DNA of 46,863 nucleotides from Promethearchaeota archaeon (GTDB lineage: Archaea; Asgardarchaeota; Lokiarchaeia; Sigyniarchaeales; SOKP01). The stretch covers positions 1 through 46,863 of the forward strand of contig JAFGGO010000183.1 in NCBI GenBank assembly GCA_016930515.1, given 5' to 3'. The notes under the pieces are model-generated. The model did no database searches. It was given only the letters and a program-made list of their open reading frames with translations, and was not told where the DNA came from. Each line of letters begins with the position of its first letter. The stretch's first letter is position 1. Both the position numbers and the translations under genes were made by a program. Positions 1 through 9,642 of the stretch are shown one piece after another.

Positions 1-127
1 ATAATATCATCAAATTATATCTTATATTGAAAGTAATTAATTTCTATTTTTCGATGCGTAAAATAATTAAAACATTTTAAACTATAATAATTAATTTAGA
101 TTGTTGAAATTGAGATGGATAGAAGTT

Positions 128-349
128 ATGGGAAAAAAAATTTATTGTAGCGTTTGTGACCAAGAAGTCACACTAAGACGTAAACAATTTGAGCACAAAT
201 ACCATGAGATTCTTTGCTTAACGATGATTGTTACATTTGGAATGTCTTATGTTGTTCTAAAATATATTAAAAAGAAAGACACATGTCCTAATTGTCAAAC
301 ACGCTTCGATCTTAAAAATTTACCTTTATCTTCTATTATAAGAGGTTAG
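128..349 (+). CDS. Small LITAF-like zinc-ribbon membrane protein (CxxC - hydrophobic segment - CxxC)
   Basis: CSVC, then hydrophobic ILCLTMIVTFGMSYVVL, then CPNC. ATG at 128 preferred over the TTG at 101. Confidence 0.6.
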   Translation: MGKKIYCSVCDQEVTLRRKQFEHKYHEILCLTMIVTFGMSYVVLKYIKKKDTCPNCQTRFDLKNLPLSSIIRG

Positions 350-573
350 ACCCTTTTAATCTTCATTTCTGAGTTACATCTTGGACAAATCTTATCCTTC
401 TCGTTAAGTTGTTTTTTCATTATTGTTTTCTGATAATTACAACTCTTTTTTGGGCATGATAAATTATATTTTTTGAAGTTTTTTGGCTCTTGCTCTACAT
501 TTTTAACGGGTTTTCCCTTCTTATCTCTATTCTGCTTCTTTTTATCTGGTTTTACCCACTTGTCTAAACTCAT
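346..573 (-). CDS. Small basic zinc-finger protein
   Basis: 75 aa Lys-rich ORF with CPKKSC and CPRC; ATG start; overlaps the neighbour tail-to-tail. Confidence 0.6.
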   Translation of the reverse strand: MSLDKWVKPDKKKQNRDKKGKPVKNVEQEPKNFKKYNLSCPKKSCNYQKTIMKKQLNEKDKICPRCNSEMKIKRV

Positions 574-883
574 GATGATGTCGCTAATATTATCTTAGAA
601 TTTTTTTTTCTTTAATATAGACAGATCCTATATTTACCATCAAGATATATAGATTCATCAAGTAATAAATAAAATTTTTTTCAAAATTTTTTAGTAATCA
701 ACAATTTATTGGAAATTTAAATTAGGATTTTATTTAATCCTTGAATTTTAAGCATGTAGGTTGAATTTTATTGTATTATTCTTTATTAAAAGATTTTAAA
801 GAAAAGCCAACTAAACACTTAAAAAATATTTATATTTATAAAAAAAAGAATTAAAAATAGTTATTACCAAATAGATAAGGATT

Positions 884-2119
884 TTAGAAGACTTGTACTT
901 TCCCAGCAATTAGCCTTTCTCTTAAATCAATTATGCTTTGCTTACTTAATTTTTCCGCGCTGACTTCTTCGGCGATTTTAGTTATATTATTAAAATTTAC
1001 ATTATCTGCTGGAATGAGACTAATTGAATTTACCCAAGGTTCGGTGATCGGGCTTCCGATTTTCGAAAGAAGCTTGACATGTGCTTCAATAATGTCTCCT
1101 TGACCCTTTTCTACTATATCTCTTGCGATCTCTGTACTTAAAACATTATAAATCTTTCCAACATGGTTAATTGGGTTTTTTCCACAGACGGCCTCTAAAC
1201 TCATTGTTCTACAGGGCGTTATTAATCCGTTGCTTCTATTTCCTCGTCCAACTTCTCCATCGTCTCCAGCTTCAGCGGAAGTTCCAGTAACGGTTAAATA
1301 AAGTAATCCCGCATCAACATTGTCCCCAACATTGACTGCGCAATTAACATTTCTCTCGGGAATGATTTTTGAGGCTAAATCTAATACAGCATCCTTCATT
1401 TGATTTGTAGCGTTAACATAGGAATCTTTATCGTTACAATATTTGCTAACCATGGCACCACAAATAGTAATTCCAACATCGTTATCTAAACGATTTACCA
1501 TTACTTTAATATCTTCACCCGATGCGGGGCATTTGTCCTTAAAAGCATCAGAATTTAGAAGTTTCTCCGCTTCTAACGCGATTTTCTCTACATCAGAATA
1601 TGGCGCATATCCTACTCCGAAACTTGTATCGTTTGCTAATGGTACGCTTTCCATTGCGTCCGATTCTTCGAATACTCCAGTTAAATCTATTGATCCTGGT
1701 CGAACAGCATAATCGAATTGGATGTGTTTGTTAGAACTCACATCTATATTTCTGAAAACATCTGAAACCACTTGTCGACAAGCGTCTAAACAAATCGTTG
1801 CAACTGGTATGTATTCCAATTTGCCCTCTTTCATGATTTGGTTAATTGCCCTTCCAACAATTAAGAAGTATTCGGGTTCTATTATCAATCCTCCCCCAAG
1901 TTCGGGCTTTGATATTCCCCCAACTAAAGCTGCTTTATCAACATTGTGATGGTAATACCTTCCAAAATTTTCGAAATAATACTTGCATAGTGCTCTCGAG
2001 CACGCATCTGCGGCCGCATCACAAACAGAGTCTGGATGTCCAACTCCTTTTCTTTCTACGATTTCGGGAAAGTCAGATTTTTCGATAGGATCAAATTTTG
2101 CTTTGTCAATTTTTAACAT
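884..2119 (-). CDS. mat: Archaeal-type S-adenosylmethionine synthetase
   Basis: Motifs [55 protein letters not shown]. Confidence 0.95.
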   Translation of the reverse strand: MLKIDKAKFDPIEKSDFPEIVERKGVGHPDSVCDAAADACSRALCKYYFENFGRYYHHNVDKAALVGGISKPELGGGLIIEPEYFLIVGRAINQIMKEGKLEYIPVATICLDACRQVVSDVFRNIDVSSNKHIQFDYAVRPGSIDLTGVFEESDAMESVPLANDTSFGVGYAPYSDVEKIALEAEKLLNSDAFKDKCPASGEDIKVMVNRLDNDVGITICGAMVSKYCNDKDSYVNATNQMKDAVLDLASKIIPERNVNCAVNVGDNVDAGLLYLTVTGTSAEAGDDGEVGRGNRSNGLITPCRTMSLEAVCGKNPINHVGKIYNVLSTEIARDIVEKGQGDIIEAHVKLLSKIGSPITEPWVNSISLIPADNVNFNNITKIAEEVSAEKLSKQSIIDLRERLIAGKVQVF

Positions 2120-2326
2120 TTAATCCACTTCTTTGATTTAAAAGTTCATTTAAATATTATTTTTTAAATTAAACATGTCTTAAAAAAAATGTTATTTTGA
2201 AAAATAACAATTAAAATAGAGTAAATTAGCGATACCTTACGAAAAAAAGCAAATTTTATAAAAATGAAATAAAAGAATTCTTTTTTGATCAAAAAACCAA
2301 GATAAAAAGTAAGATTTTTTTACTAG

Positions 2327-3373
2327 ATGCTATTTTGTTCTAGTGGGAAAGTGCCAGTCGAAAATATAATTAAATCAATTGACGATTTGCTAAAGAAAGC
2401 TCATTATGAAACCTTTTCAGTTTTTGATAAGAATAAGTTTTGTTTTGATTTATTAGTGAAGAAAGAAAATTCAATTCTTTTAATAAAAGTCTTTTCAAAT
2501 ATTGACAATTTAAATGAGCATGTAATAAATGGTATAAAATCCATGTCCAATCTCTTGAAATCGAAACCAATTTTAATTGGTATTAAAAATCGATACCAAA
2601 AGCTTGAAGATAATACTATTTACATTAGAGAGGATTTGCCGTTTATTACATTTAACACCTTAAAAAATATCATTTTTAATGAGGAATATCCCTATATTCT
2701 TGCTAGGCGGGGTGGTGGGATTGTTTTTTTAGATGGTGCCGTCATGAAAGAAATAAGAGAAGAAAAAAGCATCTCGAGAAAAGAATTATCTGAAAAACTG
2801 GATATCACGAAAAGAACTATTTGCTCGTATGAAAACGAAAATATGAGACCCTCCCAAACAATTGCGGAAAAAATTTTAGATATTCTTGAAGATAAAACAC
2901 GAAGAATGTTTAAAAATATTAATATATTTGAGTGGAGTGTTAAATTCAATATTGATAGAAATAAGATAGGGGATGAACAAGAGCTCAATCCTTTTGAATC
3001 GCACCTTCAAGATATAATAAGTGATATTGGAATTAGTTCTTATTGGTACAAGAAAGATAAAGTCCCGTTCGAATTATCAATCCATTCTAAACACCTTTAT
3101 CCAGATTCTACTGAAGAAAAATTATTTCCAATATTTTCAAAGGTTCCAGAAGAAAATAAAAAAATAAACGATTTGAAATTCAACTATTTTCTATTTATAT
3201 TTACGCATTTATTTGATAGAAAAGGAATTTTCATAGTAAATAACGATTTTAAGCTTTCAGCCGCTTTTAAAAACAAACTTACTAAAACAATTCCTATTTT
3301 GAAAATTAAAAACCTCGAAGAAATCGATTCCGAGTCTGAATTCATAGACTTAATAAAAAAAAATGATAACTAA
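2327..3373 (+). CDS. Archaeal HTH (Xre/Cro-like) transcriptional regulator, MJ1164-like family
   Basis: CFDLLVKK...LLIKV..NID N-terminus, RRGG motif, HTH SRKELSEKLDITKRTICSYE. Confidence 0.8.
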   Translation: MLFCSSGKVPVENIIKSIDDLLKKAHYETFSVFDKNKFCFDLLVKKENSILLIKVFSNIDNLNEHVINGIKSMSNLLKSKPILIGIKNRYQKLEDNTIYIREDLPFITFNTLKNIIFNEEYPYILARRGGGIVFLDGAVMKEIREEKSISRKELSEKLDITKRTICSYENENMRPSQTIAEKILDILEDKTRRMFKNINIFEWSVKFNIDRNKIGDEQELNPFESHLQDIISDIGISSYWYKKDKVPFELSIHSKHLYPDSTEEKLFPIFSKVPEENKKINDLKFNYFLFIFTHLFDRKGIFIVNNDFKLSAAFKNKLTKTIPILKIKNLEEIDSESEFIDLIKKNDN

Positions 3374-3461
3374 TTAGCCCCAAAATTCTTTTTTTTAATC
3401 ACAAAGTTCACTTTTTTTTTTAAGACTTAAAAATTTAAAAGAATCGATCATTTGTTCACAA

Positions 3462-3902
3462 ATGGATGATCTAAAATTTTCACTCTTGTCTCTTGAGGAA
3501 TTTCAAGAATTGGACGACGAAGAAAAATGGAACTATGTCGAGGCGCTCGTTAAGCAATTGTATGAATATAAAGTTATGGCTGATAAGAATTGCGATGATT
3601 GCATGTATCGGCTTCAAACAAGTCGGGATGTTAATGTAGATCTTTATTTCGACGACTGGAGGGAATGTGCTAATCATTGCGACGAATGTGACCAAGAAAG
3701 TTTAAAAGAAATGTGTGAAGTTCAATTCCAAATAATGAATCACCTTGCCAATCTTGTGTTTGAAATTCAACTCCGACAAAACCGCCTGGTACAGTTTTTA
3801 TACAAGAAAGATCCAAAAGGGCAAGAGATTCTTGAAGAGATGAAAAAGGCAAAAGAAGAAGCCGAAAAAAGAGAGAAAAAGGCAAGCGATATGTTCTTAT
3901 AA
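3462..3902 (+). CDS. Hypothetical acidic protein with two CxxC motifs
   Basis: 146 aa ORF with CDDC and CDEC and a coiled C-terminus; ends 13 nt before the rnhB start. Confidence 0.7.
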   Translation: MDDLKFSLLSLEEFQELDDEEKWNYVEALVKQLYEYKVMADKNCDDCMYRLQTSRDVNVDLYFDDWRECANHCDECDQESLKEMCEVQFQIMNHLANLVFEIQLRQNRLVQFLYKKDPKGQEILEEMKKAKEEAEKREKKASDMFL

Positions 3903-3915
3903 GCCTTGAGCGCAT

Positions 3916-4617
3916 ATGAGTGAAATTAACGTGTGTGGCGTAGACGAGGCAGGTAGAACATAAATCGTATCGATTAAGGTGCCAAAAGGACCCGTCTTAG
4001 GCCCATTAGTGTTGTGTGGTGTATGTTTTTTAAAAAAAAATCTTGATTTCTTAAAATCAATTGGAGTTAAGGATTCTAAAAAGCTCACTGCAAAAAAAAG
4101 GAAGGAATTAGCGCAATTAATTATTTCTAACTGCCAATGTTACACCTTAATTGTTGTGTCTCCTAAGGAAATCGATGAGAGAGAAAGAAAAAATATGAGT
4201 CTTAACCGATTGGAAGAAATTAAAATGGCTGAGATATTAAATAACCTCAAGCCAGATGAAATATATTTAGACGCTGCAGATGTTAAAGAAGAGCGGTTCG
4301 GGAATTCTATTGAAGCACTTATCAATTTTACTCCTAAAAAAATAGTTTCAAAACACAAGGCAGATGACATTTATCCAATAGTATCCGCCGCTTCAATAAT
4401 TGCAAAAGATAAACGAGATGAATTGATGAAAAATTTAAGTATAAAACACGGAAATCTAGGATCGGGATATCCTTCTGACGAAAAAACGATTAATTTTCTT
4501 AAACAATGGGTAAAACAGCATAAAGAAGCCCCTCCTTTTGCCCGAAAAACTTGGAAAACAACAAGAAGAATCATTGAGGCAGAAATTTCTAATAGAAAGA
4601 TTACGGATTTTATTTAA
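3916..4617 (+). CDS. rnhB: Ribonuclease HII, interrupted by a 30-nt putative BHB intron (exon 1 3916-3956, exon 2 3987-4617; 223 aa after splicing)
   Basis: ATG 3916 reads MSEINVCGVDEAGR then ACA TAA. The same frame resumes GPVLGPLV, VKDSKKL, IYLDAAD, HKADD, VSAASIIAK, GSGYPSD. The ORF-track start at 3979 lacks the catalytic D-E residues. Confidence 0.92.
3957..3986 (+). other. Putative bulge-helix-bulge mRNA intron in rnhB
   Basis: Bulges AGA (3955-57) and AAA (3985-87); central helix AGGU/GCCA with one A-A mismatch; in-register intron stem with core AAUCG/CGAUU; in-frame UAA inside. Confidence 0.75.
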
Positions 4618-4650
4618 AGAATTTAATGAATTAAATTCCTAAAATAGAAT

Positions 4651-5337
4651 TTATTTTTTAATTATGAGCATAATATGCTTCTCTGCGTGTTTTTGGATAC
4701 TAATGCTTTCCAAAATTTCCATATTTGCTTTTCCTATCGCTTGTTTCTCTTGATTAAAGATTTTATCTAAATTGCCCACGCTATCAATCGATTGGCTTTT
4801 TATTGCGAGAATCACTATTCCCCCTTTTTTAAGGTAGTATTCGCTATTTTTTATCGCAATTTCGGCTTGATTTGGCTGTGCTACATCCTGATAAATTAAA
4901 TCAATTTTATTAAAGATTGTATTCGCATAATTTTCTGGTAAGTTAGCATCTCCCAAAATTGGGATTATATTATTTCGCTTTTCGCTGTTTTGAATTAACT
5001 GTCTAATGCTTCTAGGTGCAAACTCAACTCCATAAATTATTCCTTCTGTATTAATATCGGATAAATGTGATATAGTGGTTCCTGAAGAGGCTCCAAGATA
5101 CAAGCAATTGAATTTTTTTGAGAAAAAATTATGAATAGGATTTTTAATCAATAAAGCCGCAAGCTTGCTCCTATAAGGATCCCATTCTCGATATTCGAAA
5201 TCCCTAAATTGGATTAATCTTTCTCCGTAAACGCTTATTCCTGGAATTAAATTTTTAGTGAAAAGTTTTGGGTTTTCGGGATTTCCCGAAATATAAACAT
5301 TGTAAAATTTTGGATGGTTGCGTATTTCAAATTCCAT
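4651..5337 (-). CDS. flpA: Fibrillarin-like rRNA/tRNA 2'-O-methyltransferase
   Basis: VYGERL, YREWDPYRSKLAA, LYLGASSGTTISHLSD, YQDVAQPNQA. Confidence 0.95.
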   Translation of the reverse strand: MEFEIRNHPKFYNVYISGNPENPKLFTKNLIPGISVYGERLIQFRDFEYREWDPYRSKLAALLIKNPIHNFFSKKFNCLYLGASSGTTISHLSDINTEGIIYGVEFAPRSIRQLIQNSEKRNNIIPILGDANLPENYANTIFNKIDLIYQDVAQPNQAEIAIKNSEYYLKKGGIVILAIKSQSIDSVGNLDKIFNQEKQAIGKANMEILESISIQKHAEKHIMLIIKK

Positions 5338-5339
5338 TA

Positions 5340-6569
5340 CTATTTCCCTCGATTAGTTCCTTTTCTTGTTTTTTTTGGTTTGTTTTTCTGTACTTTTTGG
5401 ACTTTTTGCTGTTTTTTAGGTGGAATTGGATATTTTTCTTCGATTTCTTTGATTTTTTTCATCACATCTTTAGATATCTCGTTTCCTATAAAGTCTCCCT
5501 TAAAATAATCGATCTTTGCGGCAAGACCAATTTTTCCAGATACGATCCTGCTTATTTTTCCGCGTAAATGGCTCTTACTTCCCCGAATCATGTTCCATTG
5601 AAATATTAACCCGTGCTTTGGAATCCCCTTACCAGTTTTTAAAAACCTATAAAGAGCGGTCTCAGCACCAAGCAGTTGAATTCTTGAAGCTGGCATGTAG
5701 GCTAATTTTTTTAGTCCTCCAGCTTTAGTAATTAATTTTGCTCCAATCAAGCTTCCTACAATTGCTTTAAGGTTAGGCGCAATATCGTCCATTAATCCTT
5801 CTAGATTAGATTCTAAGTCTTCTCGAAAAGTATCTAAAGTGAGAATTTGTCTTGCGTAAGCTTGAACCAAGCTTAAATCGAAATCTGCACCCATTGAGGT
5901 AGAAGAGCTTTGGATTAAAAATTGAACTCTTTTCTCGTTTAACTCGAAATTATCTTTTAAATTCTCGCCAGTATAATTTTTTCTTAATCCTATAACATCA
6001 ACTAGCTTCGCTAAAAGAATATTATCCTCCAAGATCCTATCTGTCAATTCGGGAAAGTAAAGTCCGTACCATTCTCTCAAACGAGCCGAAAACAAGCTTA
6101 TAGATTTCTTAAGTGTATCTAAGGTCTCAATGATTTGTATCACTGCAATATCGCCCTGTTCTCCTACTTGACTGATTTGTTTTTTTATCAATTCTTGACT
6201 AACATTTTTGTGTTTCAAGGCAATATCTTCTTGAGATTTGTATATCCCAATGCTTTTTAGATGTTCCTCCAAGTTAAATCGATAACTTTTAAATTCTGGT
6301 GAATACTCGTTTAAGATCGAATCATATTTCTCCTGCTTTTTTAAAAGAGAATGTATTTTTTTATTATCAAAGATAAATTCTTTAAAGCCAGAGTTTATTA
6401 ATTCATTCAACAAATGTTCGAGTTCTTGAGGTACTATCTCATCTTCAATAGCTTTATAAAAATCAATAATTTTTTTGTTATCGTCGTTAAAATCGATAAA
6501 ATTTATCGAATTTCCAGATTCGTCAACAGCAAACAAACCACTTAAAGTATCGACAATATAGCAAATCAC
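5340..6569 (-). CDS. nop5: Nop5/Nop56-58 C/D box sRNP protein
   Basis: RLREWYGLYFPEL, APNLKAIVG, PASRIQLLGAE, PKHGLIF, RGKISR, Lys-rich tail. GTG at 6569 follows a GGAG SD; the ORF is open to 6599. Confidence 0.93.
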   Translation of the reverse strand: MICYIVDTLSGLFAVDESGNSINFIDFNDDNKKIIDFYKAIEDEIVPQELEHLLNELINSGFKEFIFDNKKIHSLLKKQEKYDSILNEYSPEFKSYRFNLEEHLKSIGIYKSQEDIALKHKNVSQELIKKQISQVGEQGDIAVIQIIETLDTLKKSISLFSARLREWYGLYFPELTDRILEDNILLAKLVDVIGLRKNYTGENLKDNFELNEKRVQFLIQSSSTSMGADFDLSLVQAYARQILTLDTFREDLESNLEGLMDDIAPNLKAIVGSLIGAKLITKAGGLKKLAYMPASRIQLLGAETALYRFLKTGKGIPKHGLIFQWNMIRGSKSHLRGKISRIVSGKIGLAAKIDYFKGDFIGNEISKDVMKKIKEIEEKYPIPPKKQQKVQKVQKNKPKKTRKGTNRGK

Positions 6570-6723
6570 TTTCCAAGCTCCTTCCTTATATATGTTCACT
6601 GAAAAAAGATTTCAGGAGACAAATAAATAAAATCAAGCCATGTGTAAAAATTTTTTCACTAGAAATCTAGCCTTCATTAGAAGCGAAAAACACATATAGA
6701 CGTAAAATTAATATTTTAATAAT

Positions 6724-7416
6724 ATGACAGATGATAATTTCCCATATTGCAAAGTTGATCTATACAAAAGTAATAAAAAAAGCGGAATATCAATTGGTGA
6801 ACAATTTCCCGAGTTGGAATTGCATTCAACAAAAGGATTTCTAAAATTACCAAAAGAATTCAAGAGAAAATGGTTTGTATTATTTACTTTAATAGCGGAT
6901 TTTACGCCCGTTTGTACAACTGAATTAGCAGGATTTAACGATATTTTCGAAAAGTTGGAAGAAATGGATTGTGTTCTTCTTTCACTATCATTCGACCAAG
7001 TATATTCTCATATCAAGTGGATAGAATGGATAAAGCAAAACTTGGAGATTGAAATAAAGTTTCCCATTTTAGCAGGTAACAATAAAACTGCCAATATGCT
7101 TGGACTTTTTAGCGAATTTGGAAATAATCTCGTAAGAGCGACCTATATTGTCGATCCTAAAGGTATTGTAAGATCGATTCATTTTTATCCACAAGAAATT
7201 GGTCGATTTCCAGAAGAAATAGTAAGGTCCATGAATGCCCTACAGGTTGCTATAGACGATGATGTTCTAATGCCAGTTAACTGGCCTGAAAACGCAATGC
7301 TTGGGAGAAAGGTGCTCATGCGCCCTCCTACTGACGAAGATTCAGCCCTTGAAGCTATGGAACAGCACGAAAATCACGATTGGTGGTTTTGTTATAAAAG
7401 TTTGGAGTACGAGTAA
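6724..7416 (+). CDS. Archaeal peroxiredoxin (Prx6-like)
   Basis: ADFTPVCTTE peroxidatic Cys, YPQEIGR, MPVNWP, C-terminal DWWFCY. Confidence 0.9.
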   Translation: MTDDNFPYCKVDLYKSNKKSGISIGEQFPELELHSTKGFLKLPKEFKRKWFVLFTLIADFTPVCTTELAGFNDIFEKLEEMDCVLLSLSFDQVYSHIKWIEWIKQNLEIEIKFPILAGNNKTANMLGLFSEFGNNLVRATYIVDPKGIVRSIHFYPQEIGRFPEEIVRSMNALQVAIDDDVLMPVNWPENAMLGRKVLMRPPTDEDSALEAMEQHENHDWWFCYKSLEYE

Positions 7417-7486
7417 TTTCGTATAAAATTTAAAATAAAAACAACCATTACTTAGCCTGAAATAACGAAAAAAAGCCGTATTTAGT

Positions 7487-8416
7487 ATGAAACTTAAAAT
7501 CGAAATAGCAGGTTTAAAGTTAAAATCGCCTTTAATACTAGCTTCGGGAGTCTTGGGAGTGTCATATTCTTCTATGAAGAGATTTATAGATGCTGGTGGG
7601 GGTGCGGTAACATCGAAATCGATTGGTCCAGAATCAAGAAGAGGATATAAAAATCCCTCAATAATAGAACTCAATCCCGGGACTTTTATCAATGCTGTGG
7701 GACTTGGAAATCCTGGTATTGACGAATTCCTTGCTGAAATAAAGAAAATCAAAGATTACCGAATACCATTAATAGTGAGCGTATTTGGAGATTCAAATGA
7801 CTCTTATTTGGAAGTTGCTTTAAAAGCGGAAAAAGCTGGTGCTGATGCGATTGAAATTAACATCTCTTGTCCTCACGCTGAAGTTTCTTCTATCGGAATT
7901 GACGCAAAACTTACTAAAGAACTCGTTTCGATAATGAAAAAACAACTCACGATACCATTGTTTGTAAAGTTAAATCCTAATGTTACTAACTTGAACGAGA
8001 TAGCATTAGCAGCCGAGGAAGGAGGTGCTGATGGCGTAGTTGCAATTAACACTATAAGTGCTATGGCTATAGATGTTAATACTATGCGTCCAATTCTTTC
8101 ACATGGGAGTGGAGGACTTTCAGGAAATGCAATTCATCCAATAGCGGTGAAAAAGATTTATGATCTCTACAATGTTTTAAAAATACCTATCATTGGATGT
8201 GGAGGCGTCTCTACTTGGAAGGATGTTATAGAATTCGTCCTTGCAGGCGCATCAGCGGTTCAAATAGGAAGTGCTTTATGCAATGGGATGGAAATTTTAG
8301 GTACAATTAACGAAGGAATTGAAGAATATATGAGAACACACGATTTTGGATCAATAAAAGAAATTAAAGGATTAGCTCACCAATTCCAATTGCAGGAGGT
8401 CCCTGATTTTGACTAA
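7487..8416 (+). CDS. pyrD: Dihydroorotate dehydrogenase family 1B, catalytic subunit
   Basis: ILASG, INAVGLGNPG, EINISCPH, VKLNPN, AINT, GGLSG, IIGCGG. Confidence 0.93.
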   Translation: MKLKIEIAGLKLKSPLILASGVLGVSYSSMKRFIDAGGGAVTSKSIGPESRRGYKNPSIIELNPGTFINAVGLGNPGIDEFLAEIKKIKDYRIPLIVSVFGDSNDSYLEVALKAEKAGADAIEINISCPHAEVSSIGIDAKLTKELVSIMKKQLTIPLFVKLNPNVTNLNEIALAAEEGGADGVVAINTISAMAIDVNTMRPILSHGSGGLSGNAIHPIAVKKIYDLYNVLKIPIIGCGGVSTWKDVIEFVLAGASAVQIGSALCNGMEILGTINEGIEEYMRTHDFGSIKEIKGLAHQFQLQEVPDFD

Positions 8417-9245
8417 TAACGCAATGCAAACCGTTCAAATAATCAGAATTGTTAATGAATGTGAAGGAATCAGAACGCTCTTTTTTAAAATGGAATATCA
8501 TCCGATTCCAGAACCAGGACAATTCGCAATGATTTGGGTTCCGGGAATAGACGAAATTCCTATGTCAATCTCTTTATGCGACGAAAGAGGGATTTGGGGG
8601 ATTACCGTTAAGTCCGTGGGTGACTGCACAAAGAAATTACATGCATTAAGAGTTGGAGACTATATTGGCGTCAGAGGGCCTCTCGGGAATTGTTTTCCAT
8701 CTCCAAAAGATGCAAATAAACAAATTTTTATCGTCGGAGGAGGGATGGGCATGGCTCCCTTGAAATTTTTAGCTCAAAAATTATCAGAATCGGAATTTAA
8801 ATATACAATCATAGAAGGCGCTAAAACTGATGACACATTGGTTTTTGTTGATGAAATTTATGAAATAACTCGCGATTCTAACGAATTCTTTTGCTGCACG
8901 GACGATGGGAGTTATGGCGAAAAAGGCACCTCAGTTGATGCGTTTAAGAAAATTATGAATGAAAGGGAAAATGATATAAAAAATATGATTGTTTATTCTT
9001 GTGGTCCAGAATCTATGATGTATGGCTTATTTTTAACATGCAAAGCGTTAAATATCGAATTATACGCAAGTCTAGAGCGAATAATGAGGTGTGGTTTTGG
9101 GTTATGTGGTTTATGTTCTTTAGATCCTATAGGCCTCTTGGTATGTAAGGACGGACCAATATTCAACCTTGAACAATTGAGTAAAATAAAAGATTTTGGT
9201 AAATACAAGAGAGATTTTACGGGAAAAAAAGTCCCGTTAGATTGA
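8409..9245 (+). CDS. pyrK: Dihydroorotate dehydrogenase electron-transfer subunit
   Basis: PGQFAMIW, GVRGPLGN, VGGGMGMAP, TDDGSYG, CGPE, 2Fe-2S motif CGFGLCGLC...CKDGP; overlaps pyrD. Confidence 0.92.
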   Translation: MTNNAMQTVQIIRIVNECEGIRTLFFKMEYHPIPEPGQFAMIWVPGIDEIPMSISLCDERGIWGITVKSVGDCTKKLHALRVGDYIGVRGPLGNCFPSPKDANKQIFIVGGGMGMAPLKFLAQKLSESEFKYTIIEGAKTDDTLVFVDEIYEITRDSNEFFCCTDDGSYGEKGTSVDAFKKIMNERENDIKNMIVYSCGPESMMYGLFLTCKALNIELYASLERIMRCGFGLCGLCSLDPIGLLVCKDGPIFNLEQLSKIKDFGKYKRDFTGKKVPLD

Positions 9246-9271
9246 AAACACATCTTTAAAATTGAATCTTC

Positions 9272-9526
9272 ATGTCCAAATTAACCCTTCCAAGATTTTT
9301 CATATTTGGTCGAAGACCCGTAAAATTTATTGGTACTCCAGATGGAGGAATGGATGTTTTAGTTTTTGATTGGGAATCGGGTGGTTTTAAAAGGGATTTA
9401 AATTACTTGTCCAAATATTTTGAGCATTCCCCTGAAATAGAGGAAGTTTCAGAAGAACACTTCATTGCTTTTGTAAAACACTTGTTGTATAATCTTAAAA
9501 ATCCCAATCAAAAAGAGGGAGAATAA
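9272..9526 (+). CDS. Small hypothetical protein
   Basis: 84 aa ORF with ATG start directly after pyrK; globular-looking composition. Confidence 0.6.
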   Translation: MSKLTLPRFFIFGRRPVKFIGTPDGGMDVLVFDWESGGFKRDLNYLSKYFEHSPEIEEVSEEHFIAFVKHLLYNLKNPNQKEGE

Positions 9527-9642
9527 ATTATTTTAAAGAAATACGATATTTAATCAGTTAGCTTAGCTTCTAACATAAATTTTAAGTCGTATTAATGATT
9601 ATAATACCTGAATTATTCTAAAACGATTTTCCTCCTGATTTT

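Noticed and set aside
3948-3986. Alternative BHB using the perfect GGCA/UGCC helix
   Set aside because: It would excise 32 nt and shift the frame, and the intron stem is out of register. It could still be a competing fold.
3955-3990. Stop readthrough or ribosomal bypass as the explanation for the rnhB insert
   Set aside because: Readthrough would put 10 residues into the active-site motif, and there is no matching take-off/landing codon pair. The BHB geometry fits better.
3979-4617. ORF-track RNase HII starting at GTG 3979
   Set aside because: It lacks the catalytic D-E of DEAGRGP; the true N-terminus is encoded from 3916.
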